Shown here one piece after another: positions 8,841 to 18,218 of a DNA stretch of 64,000 nt. The stretch is taken from NCBI GenBank assembly GCA_963845085.1, contig CAWJQI010000005.1, positions 160,001 through 224,000 on the forward strand, in the 5' to 3' direction. Under the pieces are notes generated by a model. The model was not told the DNA's origin. It did not search any database and saw only the letters and a list, made by a program, of their open reading frames with translations. The translations under genes and the position numbers were made by a program. Position 1 is the stretch's first letter; each line of letters starts with the position of its first letter. The DNA is from Candidatus Fermentibacterota bacterium. GTDB lineage: Bacteria > Fermentibacterota > Fermentibacteria > Fermentibacterales > JCC-6.

Positions 8841-9209
8841 ATGAACCTCGCTCTCAGCGCAGCCGCGTTCGTTCTATACTGCGTGGTGGCGGTTCTTCTG
8901 GTACGCAGGTACCGCGGGACGGGGAACGCCGGCTTCCTCTGGCTCGGCCTGCCCCTGGTCCTTTCTCCGGTCGCCGCGCTTCCGCTGGCGCTCTGGCTCC
9001 AACTGGGAGTAGACCGCCTTGAACTCGGGCAACAGGTGAACAGCTTTCCCTTCACACTCGTCGAGGAGGGGCGCATCAGCCTGGGCGATCTGCTCACGCT
9101 CGTCAATCTGATCGAGCACGTGATCTGGGGAGCGGTCTCTCTCGTTGCCGTCGTCGCCCTGAACGTGAGCAGGAAAACCAGGAAGTCCTCACGCCGGGAT
9201 GATCTCTGA
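8841..9209 (+). CDS. Hypothetical membrane protein (about 3 TM)
   Basis: AAGGAGGT RBS, hydrophobic segments, basic C-terminal tail. Confidence 0.7.
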   Translation: MNLALSAAAFVLYCVVAVLLVRRYRGTGNAGFLWLGLPLVLSPVAALPLALWLQLGVDRLELGQQVNSFPFTLVEEGRISLGDLLTLVNLIEHVIWGAVSLVAVVALNVSRKTRKSSRRDDL

Positions 9210-9248
9210 TCACCGGACAGCGATGGCCGTCTTCATTGTTTTACATGC

Positions 9249-9277
9249 TTGACCCCTTCCTGCCCGAGCGTTATCCT
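9249..9277 (+). promoter_or_regulatory. Sigma70-type promoter for aqpZ
   Basis: TTGACC-N17-TATCCT. Confidence 0.55.
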
Positions 9278-9358
9278 ACAATTCGACATGCGGTTCTTCG
9301 GGTTCTTCGACGCACGGTCAAACATCCCCTGGTTTCGTAACTGACGGAGGTGCAGACA

Positions 9359-10048
9359 ATGAGAAAGTGCGCTGCGGAGTTCTTCGGAACCTTCTGGCTT
9401 GTGCTCGGCGGGTGCGGCAGTGCTGTCATTGCAGCCGCGTATCCCGAGCTGGGCATCGGATTGCTGGGCGTTTCGCTCGCTTTCGGCCTGACCGTACTCA
9501 CAATGGCTTTCGCCATCGGGCACATTTCGGGCTGCCACCTCAATCCTGCCGTTTCGGTCGGTCTATGGGCCGGGGGGCGCTTCCCGACGCGTGATCTGGT
9601 CCCTTACATCGTTGCACAGGTCCTGGGCGGGGTCGTCGCCGGCTGGGTGCTCTTCATAATCGCAAGCGGAGCTGCGGGTTTCGATGCAACTCAGGGATTC
9701 GCCTCCAACGGGTACGGAGCCCACTCGCCGGGAGGGTACAGCCTGCTCGCGGCCCTGATCACCGAGGTCATCATGACCATGATGTTCCTCATCGTGATCC
9801 TGGGCTCGACCGATGAGCGTGCTCCGAAGGGCCTCGCACCGGTGGCGATCGGGTTGTGCCTGACCCTCATACACCTGATCAGCATCCCGGTCACGAACAC
9901 ATCGGTGAACCCCGCCCGAAGCACAGGAGTGGCCATCTTCCAGGGCAGCTGGGCTTTGGAACAGCTCTGGCTGTTCTGGCTGGCACCCGTCATCGGCGCT
10001 GTGCTCGGAGCTTTCGTCTACCGTTTCCTGGGAAAAAAAGGGGACTGA
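9359..10048 (+). CDS. aqpZ: Aquaporin Z
   Basis: [54 protein letters not shown] before ATG 9359. Confidence 0.96.
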   Translation: MRKCAAEFFGTFWLVLGGCGSAVIAAAYPELGIGLLGVSLAFGLTVLTMAFAIGHISGCHLNPAVSVGLWAGGRFPTRDLVPYIVAQVLGGVVAGWVLFIIASGAAGFDATQGFASNGYGAHSPGGYSLLAALITEVIMTMMFLIVILGSTDERAPKGLAPVAIGLCLTLIHLISIPVTNTSVNPARSTGVAIFQGSWALEQLWLFWLAPVIGAVLGAFVYRFLGKKGD

Positions 10049-10103
10049 CGCCCGCGCAGGCACCCGTCACGGCACCGCAGCAGCTCACGCACGGAGGTTG
10101 TGA

Positions 10104-11102
10104 TTGGACAGGATAGAGCTTCGCGGAAGCCACCTTGACATGGGATACAGGCAGGGCGGCCTCCTCAAGGCAGCGGGCTTTGCCCTTCCACCCCCCGACG
10201 GCCGAATGCTCGGGTTCGCAAAACAGAGCGAAGCGCTCATGCGTCGGCATGCTCCGGAACTCCTTGAGGAGCTTCACGGCCTGGCTGAGGGGGCCGGGCT
10301 CGACTTCGACGCCCTCCTGACCCTCTCGATCACCGCGCCGTACGATCCCGACGATCTTCCGCACACCGCATGCACCGTTCTTGCCGTCCTGCCGGAAAGG
10401 TCCGCCGACGGACGCACAATCGCCGGGCGCAACTTCGATTTTTTCCACGATGTATCAGCCGAGTCTGCAACGACATACATCACATACCCCGACACGGGAT
10501 ACGCAAGCCTTGGAAACTGCGACATCTGGACGGGCCGGGAGGACGGGATCAACGAAGCCGGGCTCTTCGTGGGACAGGCGGCATTCTTCAGAGCCGGTCT
10601 GAAACCCGGCATCACGTTCTGGTTCGTTGTCAGGATGCTCCTTGAACGCTGCGCCACTGTCGCAGAGGGGTTGAAGCTGCTTTCGGGGCTGCCCCACTCC
10701 GCCAGCTGGACATACCTGCTGGCCGACAGCCGGGGCGATGCAGCAGTGGTTGAACCAACGCCAGACGGCGTTGCGGTAAGACGCGCAGAGAACGGGCTGC
10801 TCCTTCTGACCAACCATGCGGTGTGCCCGGAGTGGGCAGGAACGGAGAACTGGGTTCCACCGGATTCACATCCCAGGTACGAACGGCTGCGTTCACTTCT
10901 CGGTTCCGGCAGCCTGGTCGACACCGTCAAGGTGAAGGCGGCCCTCGGCGACCATGAGGGACTTGTCTGCTCGCATGGGGCTCATCTCCCGGGCCGAAGG
11001 TTCGGAACACTCTGGTCAGTGGTGGGGATTCCCGGGGAGCGCAGCCTTGATATCGCACCGGGCAATCCGTGTGAAACGAAGTACGAGTCAGTGCCTTTCT
11101 GA
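10104..11102 (+). CDS. C45-family autoproteolytic acyltransferase/hydrolase (Ntn hydrolase)
   Basis: EELHGLAEG, A-CT (nucleophile Cys), GRNFD, DGINEAGL, LTNH, S..RY. Confidence 0.88.
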   Translation: MDRIELRGSHLDMGYRQGGLLKAAGFALPPPDGRMLGFAKQSEALMRRHAPELLEELHGLAEGAGLDFDALLTLSITAPYDPDDLPHTACTVLAVLPERSADGRTIAGRNFDFFHDVSAESATTYITYPDTGYASLGNCDIWTGREDGINEAGLFVGQAAFFRAGLKPGITFWFVVRMLLERCATVAEGLKLLSGLPHSASWTYLLADSRGDAAVVEPTPDGVAVRRAENGLLLLTNHAVCPEWAGTENWVPPDSHPRYERLRSLLGSGSLVDTVKVKAALGDHEGLVCSHGAHLPGRRFGTLWSVVGIPGERSLDIAPGNPCETKYESVPF

Positions 11103-11325
11103 TCTGCGTTCCAACCCTGGTTTCACTTCCCGGGGGCACAGGGAATGCCGGGGGCATTTTCAGGGAGGGGCTGTTCGAATCCGGAACGATGATTGATCGA
11201 AGCCCCGGGCTCCTTTCCCTGGTTGATTGTATATTGCTTCATCGTCGGAGGCGCCCGCAGAGGCGGCTTCCGGCAGGAATGCCCGGAACGGTTGCGAACG
11301 TTAAACCGAGAGAGTGGTAAGGATC

Positions 11326-11427
11326 ATGGCAAAGGGACAGGACAAGCAGAAGGAAGTCAAGAAGAAGCCGGAGAAGACGCTGAAGGAGAAGCGCAAGGAG
11401 AAGAAGGAGAAAAAAGCCAAGGTCTGA
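11326..11427 (+). CDS. 33-aa lysine-rich small protein (below the ORF-track cutoff)
   Basis: AAGGA RBS, then MAKGQDKQKEVKKKPEKTLKEKRKEKKEKKAKV*. Fills an otherwise empty intergenic gap; TATATT at 11230. Confidence 0.75.
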   Translation: MAKGQDKQKEVKKKPEKTLKEKRKEKKEKKAKV

Positions 11428-11443
11428 CCATTCAGGGGGAACT

Positions 11444-12178
11444 TCAGCCCAGGGATTCCAGGTATTCCAGCACTCTGGCAATGATGTTGTTCCTCTCGCA
11501 ATCCCTGAACATTTCGTGGTCGGTTTCCCCGAGTATTTCCACCCGCTTTCCTGCGGCGGGTGTCGATATTCCATTTGCGATCATGTCTGCACTCTTCCAG
11601 TTCACCCTCCTGTCACGTCTGCCCTGAAGGATCAGGGCCGGAGCGGTGACGCCGGACAGACGCCCTTTCGTCTCGCCGACCAGCTCCATGAAGGTTGCGA
11701 TGGAGCTCATCGGGGCGCGCCTGTAGTTCCGATCCGATGAAAGCATCGAACGGTCCGTGTAGAACGGGGTCATGTCCCAGCTTCTGAAAAGCCTTTTCAC
11801 AAGGGGTTGCAGAAATCCCAGCGGCCGCCCCGGCCCGAACGGGCTCGCCAGATGGAGCGCGGCGCCGGCGAGAACAAGCCCACCGACCTGTCCGGGATGA
11901 TCGGCGGCAAGGAGGAGCGCCAGAAGCCCGCCCATGCTGTGACCTATCACAACGGTGCTCCCCTGCTCGAATGCGATGGCTTCAAGCGCCCTGCGGGCAT
12001 CCGAGAGCCAGCCTTCCCACTCAACCCCTTCGAGCTTCTGCCAGGAATCAAGACCGTGGCCGCGCAGAGTGGGAACCACCGGCTCGAAATCCTTTTCTAA
12101 AAGCCGTGGAATGAGAAACTCGAAAGCAGACGGCCCTGATGTGAAGCCATGGATCAGAAGGACCCTGCGGCGGCTCAT
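11444..12178 (-). CDS. Alpha/beta hydrolase (carboxylesterase/monoacylglycerol lipase-like)
   Basis: LIHGFTSG, LRGHG, GHSMGG, QGRRD, DHE. ATGA overlap with the upstream stop. Confidence 0.88.
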   Translation of the reverse strand: MSRRRVLLIHGFTSGPSAFEFLIPRLLEKDFEPVVPTLRGHGLDSWQKLEGVEWEGWLSDARRALEAIAFEQGSTVVIGHSMGGLLALLLAADHPGQVGGLVLAGAALHLASPFGPGRPLGFLQPLVKRLFRSWDMTPFYTDRSMLSSDRNYRRAPMSSIATFMELVGETKGRLSGVTAPALILQGRRDRRVNWKSADMIANGISTPAAGKRVEILGETDHEMFRDCERNNIIARVLEYLESLG

Positions 12179-12681
12179 GAGCCCCCGACGAGTGCAAGGA
12201 GCTCCGCCAGCCCGGCCCTTCCTGCCTCGACGACCTCCATTGGTTTCCTGCCGTGCTCCATGACCTCGACAAGGGCCTCGGATGGTGACAGACCCCTTGC
12301 CTGCGAGAGCCATGAGGCGAGCACGATACCGGTTCGCCCGAGCCCGGCGTAACAGTGGACCACGACTGGCATGTTCATGCCGTCGGAGCTTTTCAGAAAG
12401 GGCATTATCCTATCCCTCATGTCCGCGCCCGTGATCATGTGGAAATCCTCAACAGGGTTCCAGAGCACGTTCTCCGGGCCGAAAAAGCGGATGTAGCTCT
12501 CCAGGAGGGGCGATTCGTAACCTTCGAGCTGCGCCTGCGAGAGAAGGCAGACAACCCTTTTAATGCCCTTCTCCCTCATAAAAGCAAGCCATTTCCCGAC
12601 CTGGGCATCGGTGTAGCCTGGCTTGCACGCGCCGTGCACTGTAGGCTCTTCCGGACGGGCCGGTGCGAAATTGTGGATCAA
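12175..12681 (-). CDS. Dual-specificity/protein-tyrosine phosphatase
   Basis: VVHCYAGLGRTG (CX5R) and PVEDF acid loop. TTG start overlaps the znuB stop. Confidence 0.88.
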   Translation of the reverse strand: MIHNFAPARPEEPTVHGACKPGYTDAQVGKWLAFMREKGIKRVVCLLSQAQLEGYESPLLESYIRFFGPENVLWNPVEDFHMITGADMRDRIMPFLKSSDGMNMPVVVHCYAGLGRTGIVLASWLSQARGLSPSEALVEVMEHGRKPMEVVEAGRAGLAELLALVGGS

Positions 12682-13541
12682 TGTCTTGCTCCCAGCAGTT
12701 TTTTCCCGGCCAGCACCAGGAAGTAGCACAATCCCGCGGAAATAATGACCGCGGCACCCGAGGTCAGGTTCCAACGCCAGGCGGCAGAAAGCCCCGCGGT
12801 GGTGAACAGCATGCCAAGAAACACGGCGCCTGCCATCATCATTGAAAGCCTGCGGTGGAACATCCCCGAGATGGCCGCCGGTATCGTGAGAAGCGCTATC
12901 ACCATGATCAGGCCTACAACCCTCATCATCATCACGACCGAGACCGCAACAAGACAGAGCAGGAGAAGGTGCAGCGCTCCTACCGGGAGCCCCCTAACCT
13001 CAGCAAAGGTCTCGTCGAAGCTGACCGCCTGCAGGGGTCGGTACAGCAGAACGACCACCAGCAGGACCACGGCGTCCAGCGCCATCATCGCGGTGAGTTC
13101 CCATGAGGTCACGGCGAGGATGCTCCCGAACAGGTAGCTCATGAGGTTCGCCTTGTAACCGGGCGTTACATCGATGAAGATCACGCCCAGTGCCATGCCG
13201 ATGGCCCAGATGACGCCAATCACGGTGTCCGCCCGCTGCCTCCCCCTCCTCGTGACGACCCCCATCACAAGCGCTGCGGCAAGGCTTGCGAGGAGGGCTC
13301 CAGCAAAGGGCCAGAAGCCGGGGCCGGAAGCCACAGGTGCCGTTCCGGCAAGGACGGCGTACTGCAGCCAGTATCCGAGCCCCACTCCCCCGTATGCCGC
13401 GTGCGCTATGCCCCCGCTGATGAACACTATCCTTCGAACAACAACGAAACTGCCGATAACGCCGCAGGCAATGCTCACGAGTACCCCCGCGGCAAGCGCA
13501 TTCCTCATGAAGCCCATCTCGAAGGCGTCGAGCAGGTTCAT
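12678..13541 (-). CDS. znuB: Zn/Mn ABC transporter permease
   Basis: GGIAHAAYGG, YLFGSIL, SFDETFAEVRG, VGLIMVIALLTIPAA. Confidence 0.9.
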   Translation of the reverse strand: MNLLDAFEMGFMRNALAAGVLVSIACGVIGSFVVVRRIVFISGGIAHAAYGGVGLGYWLQYAVLAGTAPVASGPGFWPFAGALLASLAAALVMGVVTRRGRQRADTVIGVIWAIGMALGVIFIDVTPGYKANLMSYLFGSILAVTSWELTAMMALDAVVLLVVVLLYRPLQAVSFDETFAEVRGLPVGALHLLLLCLVAVSVVMMMRVVGLIMVIALLTIPAAISGMFHRRLSMMMAGAVFLGMLFTTAGLSAAWRWNLTSGAAVIISAGLCYFLVLAGKKLLGARH

Positions 13542-14320
13542 TCCCCGCTCCAGTGAACGGGAAGCACCCTGTGGGGCACATCGCCGTGTGTGATGAGGTC
13601 GACGGGGCACTGGTAGGTTCTGCTTATGGCTTCGGCCGAGAGCTTTTCCCTGCCGTGGCAGTGGATGGTTCTGTTCAGGCAGGCGATGGTTTTCACCTCG
13701 GAGAAGACGGCTGTCAGGTCATGGCTTGTCATCACGATCGTGACAGTCTCGTTGAGCTTTCTCAAGAGCTCGTAAACGGAGCCCGAGGCCCGCGGGTCCA
13801 TGCTTGCCGTGGGTTCATCCAGAAGCAGTATGGAAGGCTGCACCGCAAGGGCCCTCGCAAACAGGACACGCTGCCTCTGCCCCATGGACAGCTCTCCCAG
13901 GGGTCTGCCCGCGAGCTCGAGCATGCCGGTCTTTGCAAGCGAGTCATCCACGATGTCCCGGTCTGTCGCCGACAGCCGTCGGACGAGCTTCCCGCCCTGC
14001 ATCCTGCCCATCGATGCCACCTCGCGCACGGTCACCGGAAACCATGGGTCGTGCCCGCCGCTCTGGGGCACGTAACCGATAAAGCGTCTACCCCTGCAAG
14101 GCGGCTCACCCATTACAAGCGCTGAACCCGTCCAGACACTGACCAGTCCGAGAAGAACATTCAGAAGTGTGGTTTTCCCCCCACCGTTGGGCCCGATGAT
14201 GCCGAGGAAATCCCCCTGGGCCACGGAGAGGTCTATGTTCTCAAGCACCCGTTCCGAGCCGTACCCGGCGGAAACACCTGCCAGACTGATCACATCGGAG
14301 GGTTCATTCAACCGCTTCAC
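13538..14320 (-). CDS. znuC: Zn/Mn ABC transporter ATP-binding protein
   Basis: GPNGGGKTT, IGYVPQ, LSMGQRQR, LLLDEP, SHD. Confidence 0.92.
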   Translation of the reverse strand: MKRLNEPSDVISLAGVSAGYGSERVLENIDLSVAQGDFLGIIGPNGGGKTTLLNVLLGLVSVWTGSALVMGEPPCRGRRFIGYVPQSGGHDPWFPVTVREVASMGRMQGGKLVRRLSATDRDIVDDSLAKTGMLELAGRPLGELSMGQRQRVLFARALAVQPSILLLDEPTASMDPRASGSVYELLRKLNETVTIVMTSHDLTAVFSEVKTIACLNRTIHCHGREKLSAEAISRTYQCPVDLITHGDVPHRVLPVHWSGE

Positions 14321-15185
14321 CAGCCAGTGCTTCGGGAATGGCGCGCATGCCCGCAGACCAGTCCTCGGTCATGGGGCTGAGAAGGACTACGACGCCCCCG
14401 ATCTCCCGTGCGAATGCTTCTGCGGCGTATGTGGAGTACTCGGGCTGTGCGAAGACCACGCGTATCCCCTCGCGCCGCGCGAATTCGACAACCCCGGCCA
14501 GCTCGGAGGGGCTCGGTTCCTGCCCCCCCTGCTCAACGGCGATCATCTCGAGGCCGAACTCATCAGCGAAGTATCCCCATGCAGGGTGGAAGACAAGGAA
14601 TTTTCTCACGCCGTTCTGCTCGAAGGCGGAACGGATACCGGCTGCGAGTTCGTCCGTCTCTGCAATGAACGATTCGAGGTTCGCAGCGTAGGTTTCCGCG
14701 TGCGCCGGGTCGATCTCGGACAGAGCTGCAGAGATGTTTGCGGCCTGCACCTTGACCAGTGAGGGGGAGAGCCAGATGTGCGGGTCCTCCGCCCCGTGAT
14801 GGGAGTCCCCCTCCCCGTCAGAACCGTTATCCCTTGTAACCCTCGTGATGCCGCGGGCGGTGTCGACGATTCGCATCCCCGGATTCGACTCGGCAATGCG
14901 GCCCATCCAGACATCCTCGAATGGAACCCCTATCGTGAAGTAGAGGGATGCTTCCTGAAGGGCCGCCATCTGTGCCGGCCTCGGTTCATAGGTGTGCGGG
15001 TCGCTGCCCGGTTCCACCATAACGCTTACTGCAGCAAGCCCTCCCGCAATCCTCTCGACGAAATACCTCTGGGGGGCGATGCTGACAAAAACAACAAGCC
15101 CGCCCGCCTCAGGAGAAGGTGTTCCACCGCATCCCCCGGCAAGCAGGGGAAGCATCAGGAGACCACACAGCACTCCTGATCTCAT
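14304..15185 (-). CDS. znuA: Zn ABC transporter substrate-binding lipoprotein
   Basis: Lipobox LAGGC, DPHTYEP, DPHIWLSP, HPAWGYFA. Confidence 0.92.
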   Translation of the reverse strand: MRSGVLCGLLMLPLLAGGCGGTPSPEAGGLVVFVSIAPQRYFVERIAGGLAAVSVMVEPGSDPHTYEPRPAQMAALQEASLYFTIGVPFEDVWMGRIAESNPGMRIVDTARGITRVTRDNGSDGEGDSHHGAEDPHIWLSPSLVKVQAANISAALSEIDPAHAETYAANLESFIAETDELAAGIRSAFEQNGVRKFLVFHPAWGYFADEFGLEMIAVEQGGQEPSPSELAGVVEFARREGIRVVFAQPEYSTYAAEAFAREIGGVVVLLSPMTEDWSAGMRAIPEALAGEAVE

Positions 15186-15628
15186 TCCCCGTCACCTTCG
15201 GATTTCTGGCAGTCAGGGCAAAGGCCGGTCATCTCAAGAATATGGCCGGTAACCGTATAGCCCGTCCTTGCCCTTACATGGCCAAAAAGGGGCACAAGCC
15301 CGCAGCACGGGAATTCGGTGACCCGGCCGCATTGCGTACAGACCACGAAGTGCGTGTCGCCGTCGCTGGCACTGTACGACTGGCAGTTCCCGCCAGAATG
15401 GACCTTCCGGATGATGCCGAGCTTCTCGAAGAGGTCCATCGTACGGTAGACAGTCACCAGGCCCAGGGCAGGATGGGTCTCCCTCCCCAGACGGCAGATC
15501 TCTTCAGGGGTCAGCCCTTCCCTGTGCTCGGAGAGCACCTGGAGAACAGCCTTCCTCGGAAGGGTAAGCCTTACCCCGTAGGACTTCAGGGTTTCGATCC
15601 AGGGTTTGATGTTGGAAATGATTTTCAT
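15182..15628 (-). CDS. zur: Fur-family regulator, probably Zur
   Basis: RLT..RKAVL, TVYRTM, HFVVCTQCG, GLCPDC. Heads the znu operon. Confidence 0.85.
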   Translation of the reverse strand: MKIISNIKPWIETLKSYGVRLTLPRKAVLQVLSEHREGLTPEEICRLGRETHPALGLVTVYRTMDLFEKLGIIRKVHSGGNCQSYSASDGDTHFVVCTQCGRVTEFPCCGLVPLFGHVRARTGYTVTGHILEMTGLCPDCQKSEGDGE

Positions 15629-15663
15629 CTGATATGGATAGCACCGGACCTTCGGCAAGTCAA
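15610..15663 (-). promoter_or_regulatory. Leaderless promoter with a Zur/Fur-type box over the zur start codon
   Basis: Minus strand: TTGACT-N17 (ending TGc)-TATCCA-N6-ATG, with no SD. Imperfect palindrome ATGAAAAT-C-ATTTCCAA at 15628-15612. Confidence 0.65.
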
Positions 15664-15669
15664 TGGAAA

Positions 15670-15716
15670 GGGGGGCGCCATTCCTCCATGCGAATGATGA
15701 AGGAGTGGTGCCCCCC
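15670..15716 (-). terminator. Long GC hairpin downstream of the C25 gene
   Basis: GGGGGGCACCACTCCTTC...GGAGGAATGGCGCCCCCC followed by TTT on the minus strand. Confidence 0.55.
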
Positions 15717-15731
15717 GGGTATGCCCTGTTC

Positions 15732-18137
15732 CTACCTCACGACCATGAAGCTCGAGGTCACGGTCGCACCGACGCCCGTGAAACGGGCCACGTAGAGGCC
15801 GGCGGGAACCGGTCTGCCGCCGGAATCCCTGAGGTCCCAGAGAAGGTTGTGGCTTCCCGCAGCCACATCGGTGTTAACGAGTGACACCACGCTGCGGCCC
15901 GCAAGGTCGAACACTTCAATTGTCACATGACCGGGCTCGGCAAGGCTGTAGCCAAGGGAGACAGCATCCCGGGCCGGGTTTGGCGTTGCCTGGCGGACCT
16001 CTGTGAAGAGCGCCGGCGAGGCGGTGTTCTCGAGCGCGGTGCCGGTCACGGCCACACTGCCCTGGTAGGTGTTGTGGTTCCTCGCCCAGACGGTGATCGT
16101 GATCGTTCCTGTCGAGGCGGGGTTCACGTAGACCTCCGCAACGCCCGATGCGTTCGTGTAACCCACCGCGTAGATGTCACCGGTCTTCCAGTCGCCCTTC
16201 TGCAGGCAGACCCTGGCGTTCGCAACGGGGGAACCCCCCTGCGAAACCGTGACGGTCACGGTCCCGGCCTGGTCGATGCTTGCGGGATGGACAACGGTGA
16301 GTTCGGTCGGAACGGCCGTCCAGATGGGAAGCTCGGGGTCGCCGAACAGGTTGTACTCCTTCAGACACCAGTCCATGTAGGTGCTGTCGGGCGGGCAGTA
16401 GAAATCCATGCTCGTGCCGTGGGCGATGCCGAAGTTGTAGATGTCGTTCACCCAGTGGTCCTGGTAGAACCTGATGCAGAGCATCTCGCTGGGGCCTGTG
16501 CACGGTCCGGCAAAGTTGCCGAATCCGTAACGGCTGTTGAAGCAGCCGAAACCGCCGCCGTTCGGGGATGCGAGCCATGCATCGCCGCAGCAGTCAGAGC
16601 TGTAGTCGAGAGCCCCGATAAGGCAGGAGATGGACTGCCAGAGAGCGGGAAGGCCGCCCGTCTGGATGTTGGTCTGGGCCATGATGTGGGCAACGGTATA
16701 GTTGCTGCCCTGGGAGGTGTACATGTAGGTCTCGGAGCCGTGGCTCGCGTGGTAGACGTGATTCGGCCTGGCGTTGATCATCGCTATCGTGTTGGCGGCG
16801 CTGTTGGTGCCGTTGGACTCGTACAGTTTCTCCTCCTCCCACTCGCTTGAGGGGACGAAGGTGGAAATGGACTCGGCGCTGGCGCTGCCGGGGATGTAGG
16901 GGCTGTACCACAGGATGCCCGTGGTGTAACCAATCCTGAGTTCCCTGGGAGCGGTTTCGAAGTAGTCGGTGCTCCCGATGCCCTCGTAAAGGAACACCTT
17001 GTCAACGAACAATGCTGCCTCGGAGGCTGTGCTGACGCTCGCCCTGCCCACCCAGAGATCGGGGTGGTAATCGACCTGGTCGTATCCGGAGGGCTGGGGG
17101 GACTGGTAGGGGTAGGGAACCTCGCCCCATATCCCGTTGCCGTTGGCATTCCAAAGGTCGGCCCCCGGCGTGGTGTCGTTGATGTCGACGAAGTAGAGGT
17201 CGGAGGGGCCGATCTCGGTGAAGCCGGCGTCGCCCACAAGCTTCACCTGGCGGCATCCGACCATGTCGTTGTCGCCGAAGATAAGCACGTAGTCGGTACC
17301 CTGGTCCCTGCAGTCGGTGAGGAATGCCCTCATCTCCTGCTGAAGGTTCGCAAGGGAGTACTGCGACTCGACCCACGAGGTCGTGTACACACCGGTGGGA
17401 ATTCCCTTTGCAGTCTTCCAGTCGGCGAGTTCCTGCGCCTCGCTCTCGAAATCGGGGTGCGTGATGATCACGTACTGGCCGTACATGAGGTCGCGGGGCT
17501 CGACAAGCGTTGCTCCGGAGGGGCTCACCATCTCGGGGTTCACCACGAGCTTCGAGGCGATCTCCATGGCCAGGTTCTCGCTGGCGGCTGTTCTGACGCT
17601 GACGAGGTTCACCGACGGGTCTTCCCGGTACACGACCCTGAGAGTGAGCTCATCAAGCACCGCAAGGGTGCGGTCCGCTGGGTTCCAGCGCACGGGGTGA
17701 ACCGTTACGTAGGCAATCGGGATGCCCCAGAAAACGCTGGAGCTTGTCAGAACGGCCTCACCGGTTGGGAACGCCGTATCGCGGTTGTAAAAACGAGGGT
17801 CGGGAGCGGCCTGGTTGTAGTCCATCGGAAGGGAGATGGGAACAGGGGCATTGGCCGGCTGGATGTCGAATGCTCCCGGTATTGTCGTGTAATCGGCCCT
17901 GACAACCTCAATGGCGGTGGCCAAACACCCCGTGGGCATCGCAACCTTGACCGGCATGAGGGGAAGGCAGGGGGCTCCCTCGGTGAACACCGACGGCAGT
18001 CCCGGAATCGTAACGGCGTCGTATGTACCCTCGCGGGTGATCCTGACGCTCGCCTGGTCGAAGGGGATGGTAACCGTGAACTCACCCGCCGCGGCAATCG
18101 CGGCAATGAGAAGGAGAAACACAGGAACGGATCTCAT
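15732..18137 (-). CDS. Gingipain-like C25 cysteine peptidase with propeptide and C-terminal FlgD-Ig/T9SS-like sorting domain
   Basis: Signal peptide, GAPCLP propeptide, YVIIT, WKTAKG, SDLYF, VGRAS, HASHG (His), SISC (Cys), NLFGDPEL; CTD PNP..VFDLAGR..WD..GLY. Confidence 0.9.
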   Translation of the reverse strand: MRSVPVFLLLIAAIAAAGEFTVTIPFDQASVRITREGTYDAVTIPGLPSVFTEGAPCLPLMPVKVAMPTGCLATAIEVVRADYTTIPGAFDIQPANAPVPISLPMDYNQAAPDPRFYNRDTAFPTGEAVLTSSSVFWGIPIAYVTVHPVRWNPADRTLAVLDELTLRVVYREDPSVNLVSVRTAASENLAMEIASKLVVNPEMVSPSGATLVEPRDLMYGQYVIITHPDFESEAQELADWKTAKGIPTGVYTTSWVESQYSLANLQQEMRAFLTDCRDQGTDYVLIFGDNDMVGCRQVKLVGDAGFTEIGPSDLYFVDINDTTPGADLWNANGNGIWGEVPYPYQSPQPSGYDQVDYHPDLWVGRASVSTASEAALFVDKVFLYEGIGSTDYFETAPRELRIGYTTGILWYSPYIPGSASAESISTFVPSSEWEEEKLYESNGTNSAANTIAMINARPNHVYHASHGSETYMYTSQGSNYTVAHIMAQTNIQTGGLPALWQSISCLIGALDYSSDCCGDAWLASPNGGGFGCFNSRYGFGNFAGPCTGPSEMLCIRFYQDHWVNDIYNFGIAHGTSMDFYCPPDSTYMDWCLKEYNLFGDPELPIWTAVPTELTVVHPASIDQAGTVTVTVSQGGSPVANARVCLQKGDWKTGDIYAVGYTNASGVAEVYVNPASTGTITITVWARNHNTYQGSVAVTGTALENTASPALFTEVRQATPNPARDAVSLGYSLAEPGHVTIEVFDLAGRSVVSLVNTDVAAGSHNLLWDLRDSGGRPVPAGLYVARFTGVGATVTSSFMVVR

Positions 18138-18218
18138 TCGCGCCTTCTTTCAGTTTTTTTCAAATGCCATGCCTGCCTTCATGGGTCCGGAAAGGAAGGT
18201 CGGGCTCCCCTGCTCACA

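Noticed and set aside
6776..11427. Accessory-looking patch as a mobile island
   Set aside because: No integrase, transposase, tRNA target or flanking repeats, and no obvious compositional shift by eye.
11193..11627. 144-aa ORF across the Lys-rich region
   Set aside because: It is an alternative frame over the 33-aa ORF, which has the SD, and it overlaps the convergent esterase.
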